Shown here piece after piece: positions 1 to 8,342 of a stretch of 64,000 bases of DNA. Numbering within the stretch: position 1 is the stretch's first letter; each line of letters starts with the position of its first letter. The DNA is from an uncultured Acidobacterium sp. (GTDB lineage: Bacteria > Acidobacteriota > Vicinamibacteria > Vicinamibacterales > UBA2999), in the NCBI GenBank assembly GCA_964513235.1, contig CAZEMI010000017.1:13835-77834 (forward strand), given 5' to 3'. Both the position numbers and the translations under genes were made by a program. The notes beneath the pieces are model-generated. The model saw only the letters and a list, made by a program, of their open reading frames with translations, had not been told where the DNA came from and searched no databases.

Positions 1-362
1 ACTTCGTGGCGCGGACGCCCGAGTTCCAGACGCTGGCCAAGGAGATCGCGATGCACATTGCAGCGGCCAGCCCGCTGGTGGTGAAGCGCGAGGATCTGCC
101 TGCGGAATCGCTCGAGAAAGAGAAAGAGATCTATCGGGCGCAGTTCGCGGGCCAGAACAAGCCGGCGAACGTGATCGACAAGATCGTCGAGGGCAAGCTG
201 GAGAGCTACTACTCGCAGGTGTGCCTGATGGATCAACCGTCGGTGCGCGACCCCAACGTGACGATCAAGCAGATGGTCGCGGCGGCGACGGCCAAGACCG
301 GCGAAAACGTCACGATTACCCGTTTCGTGCGATTCAAACTCGGTGAAACTGCCGAAGGATAA
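1..362 (+). CDS. tsf: Elongation factor Ts, C-terminal portion (5' end outside window)
   Basis: ORF 6..362 (IAMHIAAASPLVVKREDLP...EKEIYRAQFAGQNKPANVIDKIVEGKLESYY) reads as the EF-Ts C-terminal region. The frame is open to the window edge, and the conserved tsf-pyrH-frr order follows. Confidence 0.85.
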   Translation, partial: FVARTPEFQTLAKEIAMHIAAASPLVVKREDLPAESLEKEKEIYRAQFAGQNKPANVIDKIVEGKLESYYSQVCLMDQPSVRDPNVTIKQMVAAATAKTGENVTITRFVRFKLGETAEG

Positions 363-368
363 GGACCA

Positions 369-409
369 CAGGCACAGACAGAGTTTTATATAATCTCTGT
401 TTGTGCCTG
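369..409 (+). promoter_or_regulatory. Stem-loop between tsf and pyrH that sequesters the pyrH start codon
   Basis: 15-bp stem CAGGCACAGACAGAG / CTCTGTTTGTGCCTG (one G-U pair) with an AT-rich 11-nt loop TTTTATATAAT. The 3' arm contains the GTG at 403. There is no T-tract afterwards, so it is not a classical terminator. Confidence 0.4.
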
Positions 410-1134
410 ACGCTTCCCCGCCGAGCCCCCACTACCAACGCATTCTCTTGAAGCTGTCGGGCGAAGCCCTGATGGGCGACCAGCCCTATGGGATCGATCC
501 GGCGGTGGCCACCCGCATCGCGCAGGACATCGCCGACATCCAATCGGTCGGCGTGCAGACGGCGATCGTGATTGGCGGCGGCAACATTTTTCGGGGCCTG
601 GCCGCCAGTGCCCGCGGCATGGATCGCTCGACCGGCGACTACATGGGCATGCTCGCCACCGTCATCAACGCCCTGGCGCTGCAGGACGCGCTCGAGCATG
701 CCGGCGTGCCGACGCGCGTGCTGACGGCCATCGAGATGCGCGCCGTGGCCGAGCCCTTCATTCGCCGCCGCGCGGTGCGCCACCTCGAGAAGGGCCGGGT
801 GGTGGTGTTCGCCGCAGGAACCGGCAATCCCTACTTCACCACCGACACCGCCGCCGCGCTCCGCGCCATGGAGATGAAGGCGCAGATCATCCTCAAGGCC
901 ACCAAGGTGGACGGCATCTACACCGCCGATCCCGTGAAGCATCCGGACGCGACCCGGTACGACAAGATCTCCTACCTGCAGGTCCTCCAGGAGCGCCTGC
1001 AAGTGATGGACGCCACCGCGATCTCGCTCTGCATGGATAACAAGCTGCCGATTCTCGTCTTCAACCTCAAGACGCCGGGCAACATCCGGAGGGTGGTCAT
1101 GGGGGAAACGGTCGGCACGATGGTGACAGCGTAG
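403..1134 (+). CDS. pyrH: UMP kinase
   Basis: 243 aa, full length. Motifs [21 protein letters not shown] and [20 protein letters not shown] are present. It sits between tsf and frr. Confidence 0.95.
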   Translation: MPDASPPSPHYQRILLKLSGEALMGDQPYGIDPAVATRIAQDIADIQSVGVQTAIVIGGGNIFRGLAASARGMDRSTGDYMGMLATVINALALQDALEHAGVPTRVLTAIEMRAVAEPFIRRRAVRHLEKGRVVVFAAGTGNPYFTTDTAAALRAMEMKAQIILKATKVDGIYTADPVKHPDATRYDKISYLQVLQERLQVMDATAISLCMDNKLPILVFNLKTPGNIRRVVMGETVGTMVTA

Positions 1135-1199
1135 GTTCACGACGGAAGGTTCGACGCGAAGGTTCCAGGCGGAAGTTCACACGAGGGTTCGAGAGATGG
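1134..1199. repeat. Tandem 12-14 nt repeat x5 with GGTTC core in the pyrH-frr spacer
   Basis: GGTTCACGACGGAA GGTTCGACGCGAA GGTTCCAGGCGGAA GTTCACACGAGG GTTCGAGAGATGG. The array runs into the frr ATG at 1196. Confidence 0.8.
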
Positions 1200-1765
1200 A
1201 TGTCAGCGACCTGAAGGGGTTATTCGCCGAGATCAAGAAGCGCATGGACGGGCAGATCGAGTTTGTCCGGAAAGAGCTCGCCGGCGTGCGCACCGGACGC
1301 GCCTCCACCGACATGCTCCAGGGCGTGCAGGTGGAAGCGTACGGATCGAAGATGCCGCTCAACCAGGTGGCGAGCCTGTCGATTCCTGAACCGGCGCTGA
1401 TTGTCGCGGCGCCGTTCGATCCCTCGCTGATACCGGCGATCGACCGTGCCGTGCGACTGTCGGACCTCGGCCTCAACCCGTCCAGCGACGGCAAGGTGCT
1501 GCGCATTCCGATCCCGTCACTCACCGAGGAGCGCCGCAAGGAGCTCTCGCGGCACGTCCACAAGCAGGCCGAGGAAGGCCGCAACCACGTCCGCGTCGTC
1601 CGCCGCGAGGCCAACTACAAGCTGAAGAAAATGCTCAAGGAGCACAAGATCTCAGAGGATGATGAGAAGCGGGCGCTCGACGAAGTGCAGAAGGTGACCG
1701 ATGCGCACATCAAGATGATCGACGACCTGCAGCAGAAGAAGGACCAGGAGCTTCTCGGGAAGTGA
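1196..1765 (+). CDS. frr: Ribosome recycling factor
   Basis: 189 aa. The sequence (MDGQIEFVRKELAGVRTGRAS...LNPSSDGKVLRIPIPSLTEERRKEL...RREANYKLKK) is typical RRF. Confidence 0.95.
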   Translation: MDVSDLKGLFAEIKKRMDGQIEFVRKELAGVRTGRASTDMLQGVQVEAYGSKMPLNQVASLSIPEPALIVAAPFDPSLIPAIDRAVRLSDLGLNPSSDGKVLRIPIPSLTEERRKELSRHVHKQAEEGRNHVRVVRREANYKLKKMLKEHKISEDDEKRALDEVQKVTDAHIKMIDDLQQKKDQELLGK

Positions 1766-2961
1766 GATCTCAGATCTCAGATCTCAGAAGTTATTTCACG
1801 CATTTAGAGTGCAGCAGCGGGTGCGGCGCGGGTCCCTTCGACCCGCGCGAGGTCCATTTTCTTTGCCCCTCCTGCAAGCTCCCGATGCTGGCCCGCTACG
1901 ACCTGGCGGCCGCGCGCGCGTGGAAGAAAGACACGCTCGCCGGGCGCCCACCCACCATGTGGCGCTATCGCGAGCTAATGCCGCTGCTGGCCAGCGACGA
2001 GCCGGTCACGCTCGGCGAAGGCTTCACGCCGCTGATTCACGCGACACGGCTCGGCGCGTCGCTCGGGCTCGAGCGCCTCATGATCAAGGACGAGTCGCTC
2101 AACCCGACCAACTCGTTCAAGGCGCGCGGGCTCTCCGCGGCGATTTCTCGCGCGAAAGCGCTCGGCGCCACCACGGTCTTCCTGCCCACCGCTGGAAACG
2201 CGGGGAACGCGGCCGCCGCCTACGCCGCGGCTGCCGGCATCAAGTGCGAGGTCTTCATTCCCAAGGACGCCAAGCAGCCCTTCATCGACGAGTGCCGTTT
2301 GTACGGCGCCAACGTCACGCTGGTGGAAGGATTGATCACCGAGGCCGGCAAGGTCGCGTCGGACACCGGCAAGCCGCAAGGCTGGTACGAGGTCTCGACG
2401 TTCCGTGAGCCCGGCCGATGCGAAGGCAAGAAGACGATGGGCTTTGAGCTCGCCGAGCAACTTGGCTGGACACTGCCGGACTGGATCATCTATCCCACGG
2501 GCGGCGGCACCGGCATGGTCGGCATGTGGAAGGGCTTTGCGGAGCTCGAAACCATCGGCTGGCTCAGCCCCGGGCAGCGTCCGAAGATGGTGTCGGTGCA
2601 AACCGACGGCTGCGCGCCGATCGTGCGCGCGTTCGATCGGGGCGCCGACACCGCCGGCACGTGGGAAGGCGCCCACACCATCGCCGACGGCCTGCGCGTG
2701 CCGCGCGCCATCGCCGATTTTCTGATCCTGAGGACCATCCGCGAAAGCGGCGGCACCGCCGTGTCCGTCAGCGACGCCGAGATGGTGGACGACATGCTGG
2801 CGCTGGGGCGAGACGAGGGCGTCTCAGCCGCGCCCGAAGGCGCCGCGTCGCTGAGCGCCGTGCGCAAGCTCGTCGCCAACGGATCGATCGCCAGGCACGA
2901 GACCGTCGTGATCTTCAACACCGGCGGCGCGCTGAAATACCTCGACTTGCTGAAGAAGTAA
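1762..2961 (+). CDS. thrC: Threonine synthase-like PLP enzyme with N-terminal zinc ribbon
   Basis: 399 aa with CxxC...CxxC at the N-terminus, the PLP-lysine motif NSFKARG, and TAGNAGNAAAAYAA. The GTG start overlaps the frr stop (GTGA), and no other in-frame start lies before the zinc ribbon. Confidence 0.75.
   Translation: MRSQISDLRSYFTHLECSSGCGAGPFDPREVHFLCPSCKLPMLARYDLAAARAWKKDTLAGRPPTMWRYRELMPLLASDEPVTLGEGFTPLIHATRLGASLGLERLMIKDESLNPTNSFKARGLSAAISRAKALGATTVFLPTAGNAGNAAAAYAAAAGIKCEVFIPKDAKQPFIDECRLYGANVTLVEGLITEAGKVASDTGKPQGWYEVSTFREPGRCEGKKTMGFELAEQLGWTLPDWIIYPTGGGTGMVGMWKGFAELETIGWLSPGQRPKMVSVQTDGCAPIVRAFDRGADTAGTWEGAHTIADGLRVPRAIADFLILRTIRESGGTAVSVSDAEMVDDMLALGRDEGVSAAPEGAASLSAVRKLVANGSIARHETVVIFNTGGALKYLDLLKK
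1765..1787. repeat. Heptamer tandem repeat AGATCTC x3
   Basis: AGATCTC AGATCTC AGATCTC AG lies immediately after the frr stop. It encodes RSQISDLRS at the N-terminus of the next ORF. Confidence 0.85.
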
Positions 2962-2971
2962 GAAGTCGCAT

Positions 2972-2994
2972 GAGAGAAGTATGAAGCTTCTCTC
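2972..2994. terminator. Hairpin between convergent thrC-like and pfkA
   Basis: GAGAGAAG-TATGAAG-CTTCTCTC, a perfect 8-bp stem. The T-tract is weak, so function is uncertain. Confidence 0.35.
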
Positions 2995-3033
2995 TTCTCA
3001 CGTCTGACTTCTCACGTCTGACTTCTGACTTCA
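2994..3033. repeat. Tandem 14-nt repeat (2 x 7) CTTCTCACGTCTGA x2 plus partial copies
   Basis: CTTCTCACGTCTGA CTTCTCACGTCTGA CTTCTGA CTTCA. The array ends in the pfkA stop codon. Confidence 0.85.
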
Positions 3034-4113
3034 ATCCCCCAGTGACACGCCGAGCGCACGAGCCGTCCTCAGTAAGTCCGAATCGAGCGGCACCGTCTTG
3101 GTCCGTCCCACGACGTCAGCCAGAGGAATCGGCACGATGTCGGGAGGATTGTTCGCGACCATCTTGCCAAAGACCCTGCGGCGGATCAGTTCCACCGCCG
3201 CGCCGCCGAAGCGCGTCGCCAGCACTCGGTCGAACGCCGTCGGACCGCCGCCCCGTTGCAGATGTCCCAATACCACGCACCGCGACTCGCGGTTGGTCAA
3301 CTCTTCGAGCTGTTCGGCCACGAGAATGCCGACGCCGCCGAGGCGCTCGACATACCCGGCGCGGGCCTGCTGGCGTACCGTGAAGCTGCCGCCGACGCTC
3401 TTCGCGCCTTCCGCGACGACGATAATGCTGAACTTCGCGCCAAGCGCTTCGCGGCGCTTGATGGCTGCCGCCACCTTCGCCACGTCGAAGGAGATTTCGG
3501 GCATCAGGATGACGTCCGCGCCGCCGGCAATGCCGGCATGCAGCGCGATCCAGCCGGCGTAACGCCCCATCACTTCGACGACCATGATCCGTTTGTGCGC
3601 TTCCGCCGTCGTGTGCAGGCGATCGATGGCGTCGGCGGCGAAGGCCACCGCGGTGTCGAAACCGAAACAGCTCGTGGTGCCGACGATGTCGTTGTCGATG
3701 GTCTTGGGCACGCCGACCACCGGGATGCCCTTCAAATGAAACTGGTGCGCGATGCTGAGCGAACCGTCGCCGCCGATCACGACCAGCGCCTGCAGGCCCA
3801 TCTTGTGAAAGGTCTCAACGACGCGGTCGGAGTAATCAACCTTGCCCTCGGGCGTGTCGACCGGATACTCGAACGGGTTCCCGTGGTTGGTGGTGCCGAG
3901 AATGGTCCCGCCCAGCCGCAGGATGCCGGTGACGTCTCGAGGCGTCAGCGGCCTGGAACGGGACGGGTCCAGGAGGCCGTCGAAGCTGTCTTCAAGGCCA
4001 ATGACCTCGATCCCGGCATTAGACGCGGACTTGACGACGGCGCGGATGACGGCATTGAGGCCGGGTGCGTCACCGCCGCCGGTGAGCACGCCAATACGTT
4101 TGATGGCTGGCAC
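3031..4113 (-). CDS. pfkA: 6-phosphofructokinase (probably ATP-dependent)
   Basis: 360 aa with motifs GVLTGGGDAPGLNA, VIGGDGS, PKTIDNDI and MGRYAGW. GGDGS rather than GGDD favours ATP-dependent over PPi-dependent PFK. Confidence 0.9.
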   Translation of the reverse strand: MPAIKRIGVLTGGGDAPGLNAVIRAVVKSASNAGIEVIGLEDSFDGLLDPSRSRPLTPRDVTGILRLGGTILGTTNHGNPFEYPVDTPEGKVDYSDRVVETFHKMGLQALVVIGGDGSLSIAHQFHLKGIPVVGVPKTIDNDIVGTTSCFGFDTAVAFAADAIDRLHTTAEAHKRIMVVEVMGRYAGWIALHAGIAGGADVILMPEISFDVAKVAAAIKRREALGAKFSIIVVAEGAKSVGGSFTVRQQARAGYVERLGGVGILVAEQLEELTNRESRCVVLGHLQRGGGPTAFDRVLATRFGGAAVELIRRRVFGKMVANNPPDIVPIPLADVVGRTKTVPLDSDLLRTARALGVSLGD

Positions 4114-4166
4114 GGTGCCTCAACTATAAATGATGGAGTCTGTCGCTGGAGGACGTCCTTCGACTC

Positions 4167-4196
4167 GCCATTGGCTGCCATCGATCAGCCAATGGC
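4167..4196 (-). other. Perfect 11-bp stem-loop upstream of pfkA
   Basis: GCCATTGGCTG-CCATCGAT-CAGCCAATGGC. Confidence 0.5.
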
Positions 4197-4228
4197 TCGC
4201 TCAGGACATTCGACTGGACAGCTGGCTC

Positions 4229-4275
4229 GCCATGAGCGAACCTGCGGTTCGCCATGAGCGAACCTGCGGTTCGCC
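4229..4275. repeat. Tandem 22-nt REP-like hairpin units downstream of tRNA-Ala
   Basis: CGCCATGAGCGAACCTGCGGTT occurs twice, followed by a degenerate third unit. Each unit forms GCGAACC-TGC-GGTTCGC, a 7-bp stem. Confidence 0.8.
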
Positions 4276-4300
4276 GTAGGCGAATCGCAGGTGAGTCGAA

Positions 4301-4376
4301 TGGTGGACGGCAGGAGGATCGAACTCCCGACCTCAGCGTTGCGAACGCTGCGCTCTCCCAGCTGAGCTAGCCGCCC
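4301..4376 (-). tRNA. tRNA-Ala (anticodon CGC)
   Basis: 76 nt on the minus strand: GGGCGGCTAGCTCAGCTGGGAGAGCGCAGCGTTCGCAACGCTGAGGTCGGGAGTTCGATCCTCCTGCCGTCCACCA. A hand-folded cloverleaf gives a 7-bp acceptor stem with the G3:U70 Ala identity pair, D arm GCTC/GAGC, anticodon stem CAGCG/CGCTG with loop TTCGCAA, and a T arm with TTCGATC. The CCA is encoded. Confidence 0.92.
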
Positions 4377-4492
4377 TTGGGGTGTACAACTCAACGATAA
4401 TAACAAAATTTGGCCGGAATCGACCGCCTCCGCCAAGGCTTCGGCGGATTCTCTAAAGAAACCATTCCGCGTTTTCAGCGGTCAAACCTAGT

Positions 4493-5167
4493 ATGGGATC
4501 CATGAGGTCGTTGCTTATCTCGGCGGTAGCGGTCGCCATCGCCGGCGCCGGCTCGGTCACCGCGCAAAGCGATCCGGTCGTGCTCGCCGCGAAGGTGCAA
4601 CAGCGCTACAACGGTATCAAGGATTTCCAGGGCGATTTCGTCCAGAGCTATGAAGGCGGCGTGCTGCGCACCAAGACCAGCGAGCGCGGCACGCTGGCCA
4701 TCAAGCGTCCCGGACGCCTTCGTTTTACCTACACGAAACCGGAACGTAAGGAGTTCGTGTCGGACGGCGTTCGACTCTATACCCATCTGGTCGCAGACAA
4801 GCAGGTGATCGTGAGCCCGGCGCCCAGCGCGGATGACGGTGAGGTGCCGGCGATGTTTCTCGCCGGCCAGTCGGACCTCGCGCGGGACTACACCCCCAGC
4901 TTCACGCCACTGCCCGGAGCTGCAACCGGGCTGCTGACGCTCGAGCTGGTCCCGAAGAACAAGGCATCCGAGTTCGAATCGCTCGGCATCGGCCTCGATC
5001 CGAAGACGCTGCAGATCCAGTTCCTCACCGCGGTGGACAAACAGGGTGGCCGATCCTCGTTCGCCTTCAGTAACCTGAAGGAAAATCGGGGTTTGTCCGA
5101 TAAAGACTTCGAGTTTCGCATTCCGCGCGGCGTGGATGTGGTGACCCAAGGTGCACGAACGAAATAA
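4493..5167 (+). CDS. lolA: Outer-membrane lipoprotein carrier LolA
   Basis: 224 aa with a signal peptide (LLISAVAVAIAGAGSVTAQS). The sequence is LolA-like (YNGIKDFQGDFVQ...GTLAIKRPGRLRFTYTKPERKEFVSDG). Confidence 0.8.
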   Translation: MGSMRSLLISAVAVAIAGAGSVTAQSDPVVLAAKVQQRYNGIKDFQGDFVQSYEGGVLRTKTSERGTLAIKRPGRLRFTYTKPERKEFVSDGVRLYTHLVADKQVIVSPAPSADDGEVPAMFLAGQSDLARDYTPSFTPLPGAATGLLTLELVPKNKASEFESLGIGLDPKTLQIQFLTAVDKQGGRSSFAFSNLKENRGLSDKDFEFRIPRGVDVVTQGARTK

Positions 5168-7019
5168 CCTCGCCCTATTTAGCTGCGCCGCCCTCCGGGC
5201 GGCGGTGATCGCCACATTGGCCGCAGTGCTTGTCTCATGTGCGAGCTCAGGATCGCTCCGCGTGGCGCGCAACGCCGAAGCCGCGCAGAATTACGACGTC
5301 GCCGTCGCCGAATACAGCAAGCTGCTCGCCGACAATCCCGATAGCCGCGAAGCGCGCCTGGGGCTCGAACGCGCCAGGCTGCGCGCGTCGCAGGACCACT
5401 TCTCCACGGCGCGACGGCTCGCCGCCACCGGCAACACCGAGGAAGCCCTGGTTGAATACCAGTTGGCCGCCGAGCTGAATCCGGGAAACGCCGACATCGA
5501 CCGCGAGCTGCAGGACACGCGCTCGCAGCTGCGCGCCAAGGTGGCGATTCGCGAAGACGGCAAGACGCGACTGGAATCCCTGATCGCCCAGAGCCTCAGC
5601 GCGCCGCTGCCCGGCGCCGCCCTTCCCGCTGACGCGAAGCTGCCCGAATCAGTGGTCTTCCGCGACGCCAACACCCGCGACGTCTACTCCGCGATCGGCA
5701 AGTTCACCAACATCAGCGCGGTGTTCGATCCGACGTTCCGCGATCAGCCGGTGTCGATCGATCTGCGCAACAAGACCCTCGGCGACGCGCTGGACATGCT
5801 GTCGAAATCGACGCGCAATTTCTGGCGCTCCACCGGCGATCGCGAGATCATTGTCGTGCCCGACACGGCCGCGAAGCGCCGCGAGTACGAGGAGGAGGTC
5901 TATCGCACCTTCTACCTGAGCAACGCCGATCTGAAAGAAACCATCGACATCCTGCGCATCGTGGTGGACGCGCGGCGCATTGCGGCGATCACCGCGACCA
6001 ACGCCATCACGCTCCGCGATACCCCCGAGCGGGTCAACGCCGCCGGCAAGATCATCTCTGCACTCGACAAGGCGAGACCGGAGGTCATCATCGACGTCGA
6101 GCTGCTCGAGGTGAACCGCACGCACCTCAGCGAGTTCGGGCTGCAGCTGGCGTCGCCGACGGCCTCGGGGACTCCGACCGGCATCAACGGGCAGGCTGAC
6201 GTGAACAAGCCAGGCCTGTCGCTGCGCAGTCTCACGAGCCTGACACAGGCCGACGTGCTGCTGACCAACTTGCCCTCGCTGTATTACCGGCTGCTCAAGA
6301 ACGACGGCGCGACGCGGATTCTTGCCAACCCGCAGCTGCGTACCACCGAAGGCATCCCGGCCCAGGCTCGCTTCGGTGAGCGCGTGCCGGTCCCGGTCAC
6401 GACCTTCGCGCCGATCGCCGCCGGCGGCGTGCAGTCGCAGCCGATCACGTCATTCAACTACGAGCCGATCGGCGTGAACATCGACATCACGCCGCGTATG
6501 CATCACGACGATGCAGTGTCGCTGGCGTTGAAGATCGAGCTGAGCAGCATTTCGGGAACGGGGTTCGGCGGCCTGCCCACGTTTGGCAGCCGCTCGATCA
6601 GCACCGTGATTCGGTTGAAAGACGGCGAGACCAACATGCTCGCCGGCCTGATTCGCGACGAGGAACGGAAGTCGTTCGCGACCATTCCCTATCTTGGCGA
6701 CATCCCCGTGCTGGGCCGGCTCTTTGGCTACAACCGGACGGAAACCACGGAAACCGACATCATCCTCACGCTGACGCCGCGGATTGTGCGGGTGTTGAAC
6801 TTGACCGCGGAAGATCTGCGGCCGTTCCGCGTGCCGCGTGACGCCGGCACCACCGGGGGCATGGACGTTCTTCCCCCTCTCCCGATTCCGCTGCCAAAGC
6901 CGCCCGGCAACAACGAAGACGCGCCAGGGGTGCCGGGCCTGGCACCGGTGTTCCCGCTGCCGCCGGGAACGGCCACGCCGGTGCAGCCGCCCAAGCCCGT
7001 GAAACCGCCGAAGGGATAG
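5151..7019 (+). CDS. Secretin (GspD/PilQ superfamily) with lipoprotein signal and N-terminal TPR region
   Basis: 622 aa with lipobox LVSC. A TPR-like segment (AQNYDVAVAEYSKLLADNPDSREARLGLERA...) is followed by N0/N1-like domains and a C-terminal secretin core (GETNMLAGLIRDEERKSFATIPYLGDIPVLGRLFG...TDIILTLTPRIV). The tail is Pro-rich. The gene overlaps the lolA 3' end by 17 nt. Confidence 0.8.
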   Translation: MHERNNLALFSCAALRAAVIATLAAVLVSCASSGSLRVARNAEAAQNYDVAVAEYSKLLADNPDSREARLGLERARLRASQDHFSTARRLAATGNTEEALVEYQLAAELNPGNADIDRELQDTRSQLRAKVAIREDGKTRLESLIAQSLSAPLPGAALPADAKLPESVVFRDANTRDVYSAIGKFTNISAVFDPTFRDQPVSIDLRNKTLGDALDMLSKSTRNFWRSTGDREIIVVPDTAAKRREYEEEVYRTFYLSNADLKETIDILRIVVDARRIAAITATNAITLRDTPERVNAAGKIISALDKARPEVIIDVELLEVNRTHLSEFGLQLASPTASGTPTGINGQADVNKPGLSLRSLTSLTQADVLLTNLPSLYYRLLKNDGATRILANPQLRTTEGIPAQARFGERVPVPVTTFAPIAAGGVQSQPITSFNYEPIGVNIDITPRMHHDDAVSLALKIELSSISGTGFGGLPTFGSRSISTVIRLKDGETNMLAGLIRDEERKSFATIPYLGDIPVLGRLFGYNRTETTETDIILTLTPRIVRVLNLTAEDLRPFRVPRDAGTTGGMDVLPPLPIPLPKPPGNNEDAPGVPGLAPVFPLPPGTATPVQPPKPVKPPKG

Positions 7020-7035
7020 TGAGGGCTTGAGGGCG

Positions 7036-8289
7036 TTAAATCTTCGAGACCGACCCGCCTAACTTCTGCAAGCGCTCGACCACGCGGCTGTAACCGCGCT
7101 CGACCGTTTCGAGCGGCTCGACGCGGCTCTGCCCATCGGCAATCAACGCCGCGGCGATCAACGCCATGCCCGATCGGATGTCGCGGCTGTCGAGGGATTT
7201 CCCGCGCAACCGCCGCGGGCCGGTCACGATGATGCGGTGCGGATCGCAGAGGAACAGGTCCGCGCCCATGCCGCTCATCTGCTCGAGCGCAAACAGGCGC
7301 AGCTCATACATCCAGTCGTGCACGAGCGTGGCGCCTTCGGCCTGCGTGGCCAGCACGGTGACCAGGCTCACGAGGTCGCTCGGAAACCCGGGCCAGAGAC
7401 CGGTGGTGAGCCGGCCGGCGCCAACCAGCTTCTTCACCTCGACACGGAACACATCGTGGTCCTGCACGCATGTCACGCCCATCTTGGTGAGCACCGCGGC
7501 CACCACTTCCATGTCGATCGGCCGCGTGCCGCCGACCTCGATGTGCCCGCCGGTAATGGCGCCGACCACGGCCCAACTGCCGGCCTCGACGTAATCACCG
7601 TCGAGCGTTTTTTCCGCGCCGTGAGGCTTGGCCAGTCCCTCGATGCGAATGGTGTGCGATCCTTCGCCGGTGACGCCGACGCCCATGCCGCGCAGAAACT
7701 CGCACAGCTCCACCACGTGAGGCTCGCAGGCGGCGTGACGAATCTCGGAGGTGCCCGGTGCGGCCGCTGCCGCCAGCAAGGCGGTCTCGGTGCCGGTCAC
7801 CGAAGCCTCGTCCAGATAGATCGACGCCGGCTTCAGGCCGGTCGGCGTCTCGAGACGATGACCCGAGCCTGGCAGCTGCACCGCTCCCATCGCCATGAGC
7901 GCTTCGAGATGGGTCTTGATGCTCCGGCGCGCCGGGAAGTCTCCACCGGGCGGGGCCACGATGGCGCGCCCGCGGCGCGCGAGCAGCGGCCCCAGCAACA
8001 GCACCGAGCCGCGCAGCCGGCCCACCAGCGCGCTATCGGGCTCGTCCTTGGTCATGTTCGCGCAGCGAATGCGCAGCGTCGTGCTGCCGATGCCTTCGAC
8101 GTCGGCGCCGAGGTCGAGCAGCAACCGCGCCATCACCTCGACGTCGGCGATGCGGGGCATGTTGTGCAACGAGCACCATTGGTCGGTCAGCAAGCACGCC
8201 GCAATCAGCGGTAACGCCGCGTTCTTGTTGCCCTCGACATCCACGCGGCCTTCGAGCCGCCGCCCGCCCTCAATCACCAATGTCGACAT
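7036..8289 (-). CDS. murA: UDP-N-acetylglucosamine 1-carboxyvinyltransferase
   Basis: 417 aa, full-length MurA (STLVIEGGRRLEGRVDVEGNKNAALPLIAA...). Confidence 0.95.
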   Translation of the reverse strand: MSTLVIEGGRRLEGRVDVEGNKNAALPLIAACLLTDQWCSLHNMPRIADVEVMARLLLDLGADVEGIGSTTLRIRCANMTKDEPDSALVGRLRGSVLLLGPLLARRGRAIVAPPGGDFPARRSIKTHLEALMAMGAVQLPGSGHRLETPTGLKPASIYLDEASVTGTETALLAAAAAPGTSEIRHAACEPHVVELCEFLRGMGVGVTGEGSHTIRIEGLAKPHGAEKTLDGDYVEAGSWAVVGAITGGHIEVGGTRPIDMEVVAAVLTKMGVTCVQDHDVFRVEVKKLVGAGRLTTGLWPGFPSDLVSLVTVLATQAEGATLVHDWMYELRLFALEQMSGMGADLFLCDPHRIIVTGPRRLRGKSLDSRDIRSGMALIAAALIADGQSRVEPLETVERGYSRVVERLQKLGGSVSKI

Positions 8290-8342
8290 GTGTTTTAGTT
8301 TTCAACTTTTAACTTTTGATTTTTGACTTCTAACTTCTAACT
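8290..8342. repeat. AT-rich heptamer-like tandem repeat filling the murB-murA spacer
   Basis: On the minus strand it reads AGTTAGA AGTTAGA AGTCAAAA ATCAAA AGTTAAA AGTTGAAA ACTAAAACAC. The composition is strongly AT-rich in an otherwise GC-rich window. Confidence 0.8.

Noticed and set aside
1765-1787. Phase variation of the thrC-like gene through heptamer copy-number change
   Set aside because: Three copies are too few for efficient slipped-strand switching, and the target is a housekeeping-type enzyme. I noted it only as part of the general repeat pattern.
4185-4436. 83-aa minus-strand ORF
   Set aside because: It spans the tRNA-Ala gene and the REP-like hairpins, so it is not a plausible protein.
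4114-4492. Integrative element or genomic island at tRNA-Ala
   Set aside because: There is no integrase, no direct repeat of the tRNA 3' end, and the flanking genes are core (pfkA, lolA).
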